From: Kudoa neothunni
Taxonomy: Eukaryota > Animalia > Cnidaria
Assembly (NCBI GenBank): GCA_964304625.1
Contig: OZ199838.1
Coordinates: 8,205,550-8,269,549 of the forward strand
Length of the DNA: 64,000 bases
Direction: 5' to 3'
Each line of letters starts with the position of its first letter. Position 1 is the first letter of the stretch. Under the pieces are notes generated by a model that was given only the letters and a program-made list of their open reading frames with translations, had not been told where the DNA came from and did not search any database. The position numbers and the translations under genes were made by a program. Of the stretch, positions 13,101 through 26,104 are shown one piece after another.

Positions 13101-15710
13101 AACACTGAATTTGGTGTATATAACTATTAGATTACTCTCTTTTTTCTTGAGTTGCCGGCACTTTCAATTGTAACACACAGACTGGATAGTATATTAATTA
13201 ATTTGAACTGTTTTCCTAGTAAACGTCGACGTTTTCTTGTCTCGTTAGATTTCTAACATAATTACACAGATACATACATTACATTCAAAAAGATAAAAAT
13301 ACATGCATAAGATAGAGAGAAAATTGTTTTAGGGTGTTGCTATAGACTGCTTTACGAATTGAGTCGTTGGAAGCGTTGATCTCAACCACCAAGTACCTTA
13401 AGATAAAAAAGTTAAATTATTAAACCATATCCACGTGATCTCACCAATAAAAGTAGGTCGCCAATACATCAGTTTGGGCGCATCTTTCAATCAAAAAATT
13501 TTTCAAATAATACTAAGGAAACATTCAATAATTTAAAATATATATCAATATAACAAAAAACAGATTAAAATAAAAAATTCCGCTTTACTTTTTCGTCATC
13601 TTCACGAAAGAAACAGTTGTTAGAGATATCTTCGGATAGTGCTTAAGTAAATAATTAATAGCGACCAATTGAATCAACCAATAGTTACAGTTGTGTTCAG
13701 TTTCGTTGTTCAACAAAATATCTGTTATATCATCAATGCTAAATTTTGTCTTGAGATCGGCATTCATCTCGATATCTTTTTCTATTGGTTTCGTTGTGGT
13801 TGTCGCATCAGACATTGAGAATCGAAAATTTTCAGGATTTTCGAAATGAAATATACACTGGACTAGTTGTTGCAGGAAGCTTGACAAGGTCTAAAAATAA
13901 AGATAAATAATCAAATAATTGTATATGTTAGACGAAGATAGCTACCTGATTGTTGGCCATTGATATTCTAGAAATTCCGTATTTAACAACTTTTCCACAA
14001 AAAACCGATGGTATAAGTAATTCCATTGCTTCCTCAGGCTTCAATGGATTCCACTGTTTCATCAGATATAAGGCCTACGAATTTGTTTCAAATAATAATG
14101 CAGCTTATTGAAATATGGAAACAAATATCGGGAGTAGATAGCTAAATCCTCACTTGTTCAGATTCATCCTCTCTACTCCAGTCAACAGCTTTCAAGAATT
14201 TGGTTAGCATCTAAAATGTTTCATTTTTAGCATCCCACAATGCAGAGTTAATAAAATGCCTGTCTATTATCTGTTATAGAATATCGGAATTGCCACACCA
14301 GATCTTTTTCTTCCGGAGTCAACTGAGCACTTATTGTGTACTTGCTAATAGCCTTAAATAATATTTAATTGTCATTGAAATTACAATTTCGGAGGTATTC
14401 TACCAGCAATCTATCTCTTATAATGGCACTTGGTTTGACATTGTGTTTTACCGAGCATGATCTTGTTAAAATATTGTGTTTAGCCTCCACTATATTATCC
14501 TAAACCACACAAATCATATCACAAATTGTGCAACAAATTCTCATTTTTGTACCATATGAAGCTCGTTATCTGTTAATATGTTGAAGGATGTTAACTGACC
14601 AATTTCTGGAAGAGTAACATCATCCTGATGTCAAAAAATTATTTTATTATAATAACTCCAAAAATGAATAATTAATTTATTAATACAATAATTTAGCTCT
14701 AGCACTAACAAAATATATTTTAATCCGATTTAGAAATGAAAACTTAGACAAAGATTCAAAAATTTACCTTATTATGAAATAACACACTAATAGGAGCGTT
14801 ATCCAGGTGAACTTTAGGGAATTCAATAGTTAGAAAAAGTATTTGAGATTTAACAAAAAGATTCTAAAAGTTTCATAAGACAAAAATCAAAGAATAAATC
14901 AAACTTGTTGTAATTCATCAAATTTATTAAATGTCAGCTTATCCAACCATCCATAATGTGGAATGAAATCCTCACCGTACATCCTCATCACATGATTTAT
15001 TTCTTCCATAATTTTTTCGGTCTTTTTATCTTGGTAAGTGGAATCGGCCAATAAGAGTTTTTTGAATTGGTCGGTTTTTTCAAGCTTAATTTCAACTATT
15101 CCAGTAAACATTTCTCTAAAAAGAAAAAAAATTAATGGGTTTTAAAATTTTATTAAAATTACCCAAAATAATTAAAGATCCTTTGTTGCGCAGAACCTAT
15201 GATAAAATGATCCGTTTCGTGGGGACTCACTCCGTACAATGTAATGTATAACTATGGAATAGATAATGAATTAAAAACCTAATAAATTCACTTGGTTATT
15301 TATAAAAAAACATACAATCGAATCTTTTACAAGCTCTTTATATCTTAGGTCGGTTAGAATCCATTCATTCCAACTTGAAGAACATTAATAATAAAAAATA
15401 TTTTGTACATTACAGTCATTACAATTACCTGGTATTATCAAACGATCTGAATGACGACTTACAAATCAATGAAGATTCATTCGTTGATTTGATCTCGACA
15501 GTAAAATACATCCAGACGCTTTCGATATTCGGAATGGACAAATTTTTCAGATTAACCAAAGAGCATCTAATATTTTATAGTTTAACCAGCAATAATAAGC
15601 ACATAAAAGTACACACGAACTTCAAAAAAATTTTCTAGATCACACGAATAAACATATTTCAATGTGAGATCATTTTCAGCAGGCCCACTAAACGAAACAA
15701 TAGAAGACAT
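1126..15710 (-). CDS. PIK3C3: Class III phosphatidylinositol 3-kinase Vps34, multi-exon
   Basis: ATG at 15710 (MSSIVSF...[10 protein letters not shown]), C2 motif WNEWI, kinase motifs [47 protein letters not shown], and C-terminus [22 protein letters not shown]|YWRK* (stop 1128-1126). Many short introns plus one at 2138-12660. Confidence 0.95.
2472..5652 (-). mobile_element. Non-autonomous Helitron-type element (hosts piggyBac 2788-4979)
   Basis: Minus-strand 3' hairpin CCTGTGCGAAGCTGGG then CTGG|T at 2472. CTATAT..TAAAG-type 5' ends at ~5650 and ~5306. Internal similarity to the copy at 28322-29314. Confidence 0.6.
2788..4979 (-). mobile_element. piggyBac transposon, disrupted transposase
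   Basis: TIR CCCTCTAATG...CATTAGAGGG, flanks CTAA/TTAA, subterminal GGGGTA..TACC palindromes. Transposase fragments 3111-4620 ([25 protein letters not shown]-terminal Cys-rich domain) with frameshifts and stops. Confidence 0.93.
5700..6760 (-). pseudogene. Degraded pogo/Tigger DDE fragment joined to a Helitron helicase-like fragment
   Basis: [21 protein letters not shown] resembles the DDE_1 motif LPPNTTSxLQPLDQGII. 6379-6460 is an ~85 nt inverted copy of 8699-8781. Confidence 0.5.
6770..7911 (+). mobile_element. Merlin (ISXO2/IS1595-like DDE) transposase pseudogene
   Basis: [69 protein letters not shown]. Frameshifted; ends not resolved. Confidence 0.85.
8690..9668 (+). mobile_element. Helitron remnant with decayed helicase-like sequence and intact 3' end
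   Basis: 3' hairpin CCAAGCAACGCTGGG followed by CCCGCTAG|T at 9665-9669, the same terminus as 29286-29314. Left boundary approximate. Confidence 0.55.
9766..12425 (+). mobile_element. piggyBac transposon, disrupted transposase; 5' TIR interrupted by a hAT MITE
   Basis: TTAA TSDs at 9762-9765 and 12426-12429; TIR CCCTCTAA(A)G...CCTTAGAGGG. ORFs 10674-11519 and 11584-12153 contain [49 protein letters not shown] and the CRD. Confidence 0.95.
9776..10256. mobile_element. hAT (Buster/Charlie-type) MITE, 481 bp
   Basis: TIR CAGGGGTCGGCA...TGCCGACCTCTG with perfect 8-bp TSD CTCTAAAG (9768-9775, 10257-10264). Confidence 0.9.
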
Positions 15711-16904
15711 TGAAAGTTTTCATCGGTCGTTATCGTTTATATCCTCGCAATTCGATTTTCCACTTAAAATTGGGTTTATTGATTTTTAGAAATTTCAGTT
15801 TGCCTTTTGATTGTAAATTCTATTACTGATGTATTAATACTCGGTTAATTTGATGTTTAACACATGTAAAACTATAAATATAACCTGACTTAATTAATAG
15901 ATAATAAATTTAATACGGAAAAAGTTACTTATGGATTATAATTTATTAAGTGACGATCAGTAGCATAGAATAAAACATAAATTTCGATATCAATACATTT
16001 ACCCATATGGGGTCAACGTAATCGTCTTTACGTTGTTATGCAGCTGGCCTGTAAATCAACAACGTTCAGTATCATACAATAAGATAGACTATTCTTATTC
16101 AACAAAGTATCATCTTGTGGATTACAGTAAATTTAATTTGTTCTATATTGAAGCACATATAGACCCTATAACTTTATTTTTGTTGAATCAGATAAGTCAT
16201 GAACTAACTTCAATTCAATATTCTTTATTAATAAATTAAATGGAAACAATAATTTTGTATTTATTGAAACAAAAATTTCCACTTTTCTAATAATACGACT
16301 TTTAAATTCATGTTTTTACAAAAATTCTTAAAAAGTATGCTAATTCCAAAAAATAACTTATATTGGATTTTTATAAGTTTCTAAAGTAAACTATTCGCAA
16401 CTATATTTGAAATATAGGATTTTAATTACGAATCACCTTATAGAAAATAGATACTCATTGAATAAATGCACCAATACGATTAAATACTATATAGGTTATT
16501 AGTGGTTTATCATAGCCGCCGCTCTCCTGTTTAATGTACGCGTAGTATTGTTACACTCCTCAAATTCGAAATAAACAAAACTACAGTAAGAAACCGATTT
16601 GAGGCAATCCCTTCGGGACAACGAAAAAAGTGCATGAAATCGGTCATGTCCAGGGCTGCCAGAGGGGTTTTATAAAAAACCAAAGATCGAGAAAAACGCT
16701 AGTTTAAAGTACAATACAAAATAGAATCGTACCTATTAAAGTTTTTAATCTTCTTTCGATTCTATGATTACGTCTTCAGATATTAGATTTAAATTGATCG
16801 TCGTATTATAGTTTTTTGGCGCGAACACTCACTCATACTTAATTTCTAATATAGATCAATATACTCTCAATTAATTACTTCATAATTCGAGACATATTTT
16901 AAAA

Positions 16905-19900
16905 CTAGCGCTAATGCCCAACTTTGCCTGGTATTGTGTGATGGAACATTTTAACTTTTAATTTTATTTTTGAATGGAGATATTTTATAGAAGAGTTAAT
17001 CTAATAAGCACGTTAAACGCTCTAAATTTCATTTTTATATTTTAATTGATGCATTTTAAAGCTTGTCATTATTGCAATGTGATAATTTAGACAAACAAAA
17101 TTATGCAAGCATTTTCCATTCAAATATAAATAGAGATATTGAGGAAAATTAATGAGAATTTTGAAGTTTATTTTACAAGTTATTTCTAAAAAATATAATC
17201 ACCTCAATTTTATGAGAAATTAAATGTAATTAACGATTAAAGTTCATTTATTTATTGAACAAAATCATTAAGTAACTCGAATAGGGCTTTTAATTCTTTT
17301 CAAAATTTTGCGGTAAAAATTAATCCCTCTAGTTATAAAATTTATTATTAGTCTACAAACGATAAAAAAATAAAATCGACCTAAGGTGCGTCAGAAACAA
17401 AAATATTAATTGTTACTCCTTTTTTTGCAATTTTAGAATGATGCCAACGATGTTTTAAAAAGCTTTGAGCAGTAACTTACGTATTCATTATTTTAAAGTA
17501 ATTTCCTGATTTTTTAATAAATGCAACCTATTTTTAACAATAATATTTACTGGTTCAAAAATTTATAAATTTAATTATCAAAATACGATTAAATCTAAAA
17601 TGTAAAGGTGTTCTTGGTTTGAAGAATTAGAGTAATGCTTAAATATCAACTGGTTTTCTCGAAGGAGTGACCCCTTTTTAAAAATAAACGTACTGTTTGA
17701 TTGTCCTATAAAATGTTCTATGTATTGAACTATTCTGCGATTAAAGAAAACTTTGTAAAAAAATCGGTTAGATCGAATAGACCAACAAATTATTATTAAC
17801 TTCATGACACGTATTGAGAGGGGACTGTATTTTGTGCAAAAGTGATAGTGAATATAAATTCTTAAACTACGTATAGAATGCGGTGTCGCATATTTTCTTG
17901 CAGTTTTTATATCATAATGAATTATTTTTAGCGACAAGAAAATTATATATTGATTTGAATATTAACCTTAGGGTTTGGGGGTAAGGAATAATTAGGTCAA
18001 TAAGAACTGAAACATCATTTAAAATTTATCTCATCAAATATAGAAACTTATCGAAAAGACGAATATAATTTCAATCTCAATCGATATATTTGATAAAAAG
18101 AAATTTTCACATCCCAGGAATTCCAATGGAACATAATTTTCATTTAAGAAGTTATCACAAAAATTTAATTATTTGAAAACTCTACACACATCTTACACCG
18201 TTTTTAGAATGCGTATAGAGACAAAAATTACTCCGTGACAACAACTTATAATCTCAAATTATGTGTTTTATTTAAAATAATCATGAGTCTTTTTGCTTAA
18301 AGTGTATCGGCTAATTTACACTGTAAATTTTACAGTCCAGTGGAATTCATCTTCACTTATCGGCGTCAATCGGAATTTATAGCGCGATGGAATTTACTTT
18401 CGAAAATATCGATGATTTTTTGTTAGAACATCTCTTTGAAATAAAGAATGACATAGAAAAACAAATATTACTCTTACAAAAACTTAAGCTTATACCTAAA
18501 GAGAGAATGTGCGATAATTGTGACGTGTTAATGTTGCTAAAAAAAGATTCTATTATTGATAAATATTTGTTCAAATGTCCAATGTGTAAGAAAAAAATTT
18601 CAATTAGAAGAGGGAAATTTTTCGAGGGTTCAAAACTAACGCTACGGCAAATCTATGCGTTGATGTATATAGAAGTCAATGATATCCACATGTCGTATCC
18701 ACAGCTGTCGAAACAACTGCAAATAGGTTCCGATCGTACAATTAATGACTGGAGGAATTTTATTAGAGAAATCTATATCGACTACTTTGATTTACATAAT
18801 GAAAGAATTGGAGGACATGCAGTGGTAGTACAAATTGATGAATCATAGATTTGTAAACGTAAGTATCACTGAGGAAGAGTTTTGGTAAATCAAAACATAT
18901 GGATCGTTGGTGGTATAGACTCATATGGTAATATATTTCAAGTGCTAACTACCATTCGAAATCAATCCACGCTTGAACATATAATCATTCAAAATGTTCA
19001 TCCTGGGTCAATACTTAAGACAGATTGCGGGGCTGGTTACAACAACTTGGGTGCAATTTACTATAGTCATGAGACAGTAAATCACTCAGTTGAATTTAAG
19101 ACACGAAGATGTGCATATTAACCGTATCGAAGCAATTTGGGGTGCAATAACAAAAAATACCGACACGTAACTCATAAAAAGTCGGAATTAATTGGTTCTT
19201 ATCTCGCAGAGTATCACTTTAAGAAAAAATTTCCTAAAAATACATTTTCGATGTACATAAAAACAATTAATGAAATATACTTACATTAAAATACGTTTAT
19301 CTTTTAAATTTGTTTTTTGTGAGCGCAGCCGAGCACACCCAATTAATTCACTGAACTATAAATTAGCCAAATGTATCTATAATGCTTGAAAAACGAATTT
19401 ATATTAAAAAAATGTAATTTGCTACAAATTTTAAGGGAAATGCAAAAACTCTTGTAAATGTAACGTTGATAGTTTTATTTTTCTTAAAATTACTCCAAAC
19501 AGGCATATGTAACCTTTTTGATACATTCTGTAATGCGCTAGATAAACACAACTCACAAACAAGCAATTAATCAGCAAATAACGCCGCCTTCCGATAACTA
19601 CCGACCGTAAACACCATAAGAGGATTAGCTACTACACATTCTAAACCAAATTTACAGATTTTCTTCGTATATAATGAGCGAAAGGTCATTCCAATTGACT
19701 GTCGCTCCGAAGTAAACTAACATCAATATTATTCAGGTACTTTTTAATCTGCTATTTGAGTAGACAATCAGAAAATTCTTTATTTCTGACTGCGATATTG
19801 ATTATATTTGCACTACTAAGTAAATGAACAATAATTATTAATGGTATCATCTATTCAAATTCAAACTAAAATTTGTATTTAAAAAAATTTTCTCTGTGGC

Positions 19901-19957
19901 AAATGCGCACTTATGGACACAAGCAGACAGACAAAGGATTTTATATATACATACAGA
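16905..19957 (-). mobile_element. Helitron-type element (hosts Merlin 18309-19368)
   Basis: Minus-strand 5' A|TCTGTATGTATATATAAAATCC at 19957; 3' hairpin CCAGGCAAAGTTGGG plus CTAG|T at 16905. Pairing of the two ends is inferred. Confidence 0.5.
18309..19368 (+). mobile_element. Merlin transposon with TIRs and TSD, transposase with stops
   Basis: TIR GGCTAATTTA...TAAATTAGCC; 9-bp TSD AAGTGTATC/AAATGTATC. ORF 18387-18848 has CxxC..CxxC and IGGHAVVVQIDES; 18882-19121 has WIVGGID and ETVNHS. Confidence 0.9.
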
Positions 19958-20576
19958 TTAGCCAAATTTATTTCATCTTAAAAGATTGGTTGCATTTTGA
20001 TCTCGAAATATTGTATTCAGCCGATTTTGCCTCCAGGCGGCAAGCGGAGTCCATGACAATTAATTCAGAGTTAATCCCAAGCTATGTTGTTTCACATGAG
20101 GAATTATTTATTCCATCGGACTCTAATCACGCAAGAAATCCGGGTGTTAACTTTCATATCTTTTGAAATTAAATTTTTTATTGAAATTTTATATTACTTG
20201 ATTTAAATTTAACGGCCCAAGAATTAAAGTTAACCGCACCAAATTATTATTGTTGTAAATGCGCACGTAAAGTTTAACAATAATACTCAAGTTTTATACA
20301 TAAAATATATCATTATCAATAAATTTACACAACAAAATACAAGAATTATTGTGAACGAAATCCCAAACTTTAAGTTGAGTAAGTATTAAGCTGTGATTCT
20401 TTTATTCAAACAAATAATGAAACTATAATTAACCCCAAAGTAAAATTAAAATCATTACTCTTTGTGCACTTTTTAAAATTTCTCGATTTCTTATCTATTT
20501 TCCTAAATTTGTGTACAGTATGCAATGATAAAATTAGGGGAAAAATAATCACAATAATAATATGTAAAAATTTTTT

Positions 20577-22890
20577 ATCTTCGGAGCACTTTTGGGGTCA
20601 AGTTGACCCCAAGTTTTTATTTTACGATATTATTATAAAAAAATTGTTGAAAGTGGAGACGTGTTTATTTTGAATTCTATCGACTCATTTTTTGGTAAAA
20701 TAGTGATTAATATTATATTTAATCCGGGTTAATACCTTACTAATAGTCTCGGATCCACTTCGCAAATTATCGTACAAAAAATAACACTTCGCGTATAATA
20801 TTTCAGTTGATAGATTGAAGATTAAACATTCCTCACGCAAAAAAAACTATATAAATTTGTAAAATTTTATACGGAGTATCTAACTAATTTAACAATTCTT
20901 ACATTTCTTTGATGAATGAATTGAGCGATAGTATTTATTGTAACAGGAGCATTTGGTTTCAGTTTTTTTTATCGGTTCCTCGAGGACAATATTCACATCG
21001 ACGTCTTTTTCGGCAATTTGGAAAGTGTTAGTTGGGGTCCCTAAATGGGGTGATTTTGCTTTGACAATTTTCCCATTCTGTAAATTACGATCTATGAGAG
21101 GTTGATAGAGAGCTTGTGCGATTTCTTTTAAAAATATACGACGTCTTTTAAATTTGCAATTTAAAATTATTTTATGTAATGAGAACGCATTTATAAGTGA
21201 CAAATCTATCACATTGAAAAATACGATCATTGGCCACCTATGAGTGAATCGACGTGTCGACCCCTCCTTTGGTTTTATTGTAATATGTGATAGTTTCAGT
21301 TTTTTTAGAAGAATCGTTCATAATTTTTACATTATTAGTTCCCGTAGACAAAATTATAACACTCTTATTCTTTTTACTCACTTAAGAGGTGAGCATGTTC
21401 TTTTGGAAAAATACAAATGTGGTGCTGAAAAGACTTCTATTTTTAGACGGAAGAACACATGGAGGGAGCTCCCCCTTATTGTGCCTTACAGTTCCAAGAT
21501 AGGTTAATTGTTTTTCCAACAGTTTAGACGCAAGACAAGCCGAGGAAAAAAAGTTGTCAACGACGATATTCCTCCCAGAGTTGAACAAAGGTTCCGACAG
21601 TGAAAACACAATATTTTCCCCAACTTTTGCATTGCGTTGATTTGAGTTATTATTTTTCCCGAGGTACAGTAGGATATTAATGATATACTTTTCAGCCGGA
21701 TCAACAGCTAGAAAAAATTTGATGCCGTATTTTGCCGGTTTGAGGGGCATACATTGTTTGAAAAGACACCTCTCTCTAAACGCAACTAACTGTTCATCGA
21801 TTGTCACATCCTCATTCGGCGAAAGATACTTCGGGAGTTTTCTTGACCAAATTTCCCATAATTCTCTTATAGGACAAAACTTATCCATTTGTTTCCTTTC
21901 CGCCCTTGTAGAATAATTGTCGAAATGGAGACATCTTGTGATTTGCTTAGAGCGCGTCTTCGAAAAAATATTTCGGCATATCTCCCTACCTTCTGATAGA
22001 CTGAATAATTCAGATAATGGCTCTTCAGGGTCCTTGTGTAGAGCTAATAGAATGAGGATCCCCAAATAACCGTTCAATTCGATAGAATCCATATCTATCC
22101 AGTCATCCTTCAAATAATGTTTCCCAGACAGATTTGTGCAATCGAGTATTTTTTACAGATAGTTTCTGAAAAAAATATGGAAAAACTGTCCAAAATATTG
22201 TGAAACCGTTGGTAACAATATGCGGTAGGACCAGGAGGGGGGTTCAAAATGTTTTCCGCCGAAGTGCGTTTTGTTTGAGGTATTTTGGGGTCCCGTGCAA
22301 TTCCTGATTTACTAAGATTTGAGCTTGTCAATACCGTTGTCTCCATTGAATCGGATGAATCTACTGATGAATCCAAAAAGCAGTCGTCAGGCTCGCTTCC
22401 TGGCGATTCTAATTCACTATTGAATTCGCTGTAATCACTCATCGACATTTGTTTAGTTAGAGTTTAACACGAGGTGAAAATATAAATTTGGGATAAAAAA
22501 CCAACTGAAAAAGTATTACGGCCTAAGTGAAAATAAATAAGAATTGTTATTTTCGGGTATGTATTAAGTTATTGTTTACCTAAACTTAAAATGAAAATAT
22601 TTTTCCAGAAATTGACCCCAAATTATTATTTTAAACAATAAATTAGCTATTAAACAGTGACTTACATGTACGATCATTTCCTAACAGCTTACGAATAATT
22701 ACGTAAAAGATTTAACAGGATTAATTTTTATGTTTCACATTGTTTTACTGAAAAACTAGTCGATAGAAATCGAAAATATCGGAAAATTGAATTGGTAACA
22801 ATTTTTGTAATTAGTTTAGCAAATAATAATCTGGGGTCAAATTGACCCCAAAAGACCTCCGAGGATGGTTTTTTTGGCGACTTTATAAGG
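20577..22890 (-). mobile_element. piggyBac transposon, left tip deleted, disrupted transposase
   Basis: Right end CTTTATAAGG|TTAA. Inverted subterminal repeats TCGGAG..TTTTGGGGTCAA.TTGACCCCA at 20581-20611 and 22832-22862. ORFs 20889-22448 carry [19 protein letters not shown] and GRNIVVDNFFSS. Confidence 0.92.
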
Positions 22891-23425
22891 TTAAATGTAT
22901 TAATTTTATTTCATAACAAAAAATAAGTACTAATTCTTTATGACTGTTGCAGACGTTGAGAAAACAGTTAACCACTTTAATCAGGAATATATTAAAGATG
23001 TATCCTCCGAAAAACGTGTTACAAGCATTGATGAAAAGTGTAAACACAAATTGTCCATCAGATGTGGTAATAATAATGAGAGTATATGGTTTAGATTTTA
23101 ATATCTAATCCTGTAATTCTTTTACTTATTTTCCGAATGGATAATTATAATGCTATATTGGGAATAAGATTAGAAATACAACTTTGAATAGTCATTTCTA
23201 CTTCAACAATTAATAAGTGACACCACATAGAAATGAGTGTTGTTCCACTATAGAAACATGATAACACTCAAGTTTGATAATTTTGCACATTTAAACGAGA
23301 AAATATCTCATTAGTTATTCTCTGTAACAGAAATTATAATTGAATATTTACAAAGTGTGAAAACATAACAAAAAATGAGTCAGCTAAGTTAAACCAAAAG
23401 CGCAAATTGGCGTCAAAGCTGATAC

Positions 23426-23434
23426 TCACGTGAC
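23426..23434. promoter_or_regulatory. E-box/CLEAR-like motif TCACGTGAC upstream of ALAS
   Basis: Exact TCACGTGAC ~65 nt before the ALAS ATG. Function is inferred only. Confidence 0.3.
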
Positions 23435-23496
23435 ACATGTGGATATCTTTATCCAATAATTTAACCGAACAAACTCGAGAGTTTGAAATTAGATTA

Positions 23497-25358
23497 ATGT
23501 CACGAACGCTTTCATGCCCCTTCTTAAGAAATGTCACCAAAGATGGTATATCAGATCTGGGGAGTGATTTGATGAAGCGTTTGATTCAGTTATGTCCTCA
23601 CATGAGAAAAATTTCCAATATCAACGGAAGTGGTTTATTTATTTGACATCGCTGTCGATTGAATCTGTTATATTCTAGATTCACTGATGAACCGGTTACC
23701 GAAAATAGCGCAGCCATCTGAAGAAGATAAGATTCCTAAAGAGGAGTCACCCACGGTTAAAAAAAGTTTTAATTATGAAGCATTTTTCGAAGAGAAAATA
23801 ACTGAAAAACAAAAAAATCGCAGCTACAGAGTTTTTAAGAGAATTAATAGGGTTACTGGTTTGTTCCCTATAGCGGACAGTTACGTAACTAGTGTGCCCA
23901 TTGAGAGAGCTTCATGTTCAACACCCACCAATGTACTGGTTTGGTGTAGTAATGACTACCTTGGACTTTCAAGGCATCCTGTCGTGCTAGAAAATGCAAA
24001 GTAGAGTTAGTTGATATGTCTGATATTTGATAAAGTGTTTAGAAAAACAATTGACCGTTATGGTGTTGGATCTGGTGGAACAAGGAACATTTCAGGAAAT
24101 CAGCTACTGCACGAAAAATTGGAGGATAAAATCGCCAAATGGTACATGAAGGAAGCTGGTCTGTTGTTTTCTTCGTGTTACGTTGCTAATACCACCACAT
24201 TGTATACGTTGGCTAAATTGATGCCTGGTTGTGTGATTCTATCCGACCAAGGGAACCATGCATCGATGATTGAAGGTAGATAAATTTAGTATGAGGGGTC
24301 TAATTTGATCGGTCGTTTAGGCATACGAAATAGTAGAGTACCTAAGCACATCTATCGCCACAACGACGTGGAACATTTGGAGTCGTTGTTACGACAACTT
24401 GACCCTTCCATACCCAAGATTGTTGCTTTTGAATCGTTGAATTCAATGAATGGTTCTATCGCTCCTATTAAGCAATTATGCGACGTTTCTCATAAGTATG
24501 GAGCTATAACATTCATTGACGAGGTAATATTGATCCTTTATTGTTCTCCTTATACGCTTTAATGTTGGTGGATCGATCAACTTGAATGAATTTTTAGGTT
24601 CATGCTGTTGGTTTGTACGGATTTAACGGCAGTGGGCAAGGAGAACATCAGCGAACTCTCGACCATATGGATATTATCAGTGGTACTATGGGGAAAGCTA
24701 TTGGATCAATGGGAGGTTTCATTGTTGGAACTAGAAGGTTGATTGATTTCATTCGAAGGTATCAACAACCGAAATCTCAGCATTAAGTTAAGTTTAATTT
24801 AATTAATTTAGTTATGGTTCTGGTTTTATTTTTACCACCTCATTACCACCTGTTCTGGCATCCACTGCTTTGACCAGTATCGATATACTTAAAAGTGACG
24901 AGGGAAGAAACCTCCGCAAGAAACATCAACAAACTGCTTTTTCGTTGCGGCGCCAGCTGACCAAGAGTGGATTTCCTATCTTTCACTCTCTGAGTCATAT
25001 TTTACCTGTTCACGTAGTTTTTTTAAATTGTTTAAATCGCATTAATGTACTTCGATTAATTTAGGTCGGAAATGCTGAAGTGTGCCGCAATATCTCCGAC
25101 TATCTATTGACCAATCACAGTATGTATGTCCAGGCAATCAATCACCCCACTGTCAAGCAGGGAACAGAACGCTTGCGAATCGCCCCAACCCCTCATCACA
25201 CCGAGAATGATATCGAAAATATGTGCGAATCGTTGAGTGACTCGTGGAAAGCTTGTGGTCAACCTCTTTTGCACAAAAAATGTTGCAACCAAGCTTGTTC
25301 CTGCATTTCTTCGTGTTTGTCACTAAACTCGCACGCCAAACCCATAACATGTGTTTAA
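23497..25358 (+). CDS. ALAS: 5-aminolevulinate synthase, mitochondrial, multi-exon
   Basis: N-terminal heme-regulatory CP motifs (SCPFL, LCPHM), [43 protein letters not shown] lysine in [27 protein letters not shown]. Short GT-AG introns. Confidence 0.96.
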
Positions 25359-25519
25359 CTTGGGAAAAAACGATTTCATTATTTTTAGCATGCAAGAAAT
25401 CCATATTTTTTCATTATTATAACAGTGTTTGATTTTATAAAAATTTATCAATAATATTCATGTTCACAAAATATTTAACAACCCAGCCTTTGATTGAAGT
25501 TATATGTGAACCAAACATT

Positions 25520-25800
25520 TCACCTGTAGTCGGAGGTGTTTGTGTAATCATTGTTGTTGGATACATGAGAGCTTTCATCGGAATCTAGATAAATTATTAG
25601 TGATATTTAAAACTCGACTAACTACCCCTATAATCAAAGTGATTGGCATTCTCCAATTTTTTTTGGATGATGCTATTGTAATACGCTGAAAGATGACTTA
25701 ATTCCACAATATTTATATCCGCAATTCCCAACTCATGCATTTTCTTTTCAGATTTCCGTTTTATATCGGTCGAATCGTTGTCTTCTTGCATTGCAAACAC
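25520..25800 (-). CDS. Candidate small two-exon protein of unknown function (~76-79 aa)
   Basis: ORF 25800-25618 can splice via a ~41-nt GT-AG intron (gtagttag...tatctag) into DSDESSHVSNNNDYTNTSDYR*. A CGCGCGCG tract lies just upstream. Confidence 0.4.
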
Positions 25801-26104
25801 TGATAATAATCCTTATTTGCCACGCGCGCGCGATGTAAACTTCCCCTATGATGTAATCGAATATAAGTCGCATTATTTTTTAAACAGATTGACTCTAAAC
25901 CTGGCATGAAACTTATTCATGGAATGGCAATTTAAAAATATTTCTAAGAAATAATAATATATGATTATACAGTAAGTAGGTAATGGTAAAGTATGTGACT
26001 CCGGGAAAACACCATCTTGCGTCCGGTTTTTATCGTTTTTTCTTTTACGATTATCAATAATAAATAAAAAAATAATGATTGCGAACATTGAGCTCAAATA
26101 AATT

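Noticed and set aside
16045-16120. C/D-box snoRNA-like ATGATA...CTGA on the minus strand upstream of Vps34
   Set aside because: Box C is imperfect and I could not identify an rRNA-complementary guide.
6770-19368. IS1595- and IS630-like transposases as evidence of bacterial DNA
   Set aside because: The context is intron-rich eukaryotic DNA; these are the eukaryotic Merlin and Tc1/mariner relatives.
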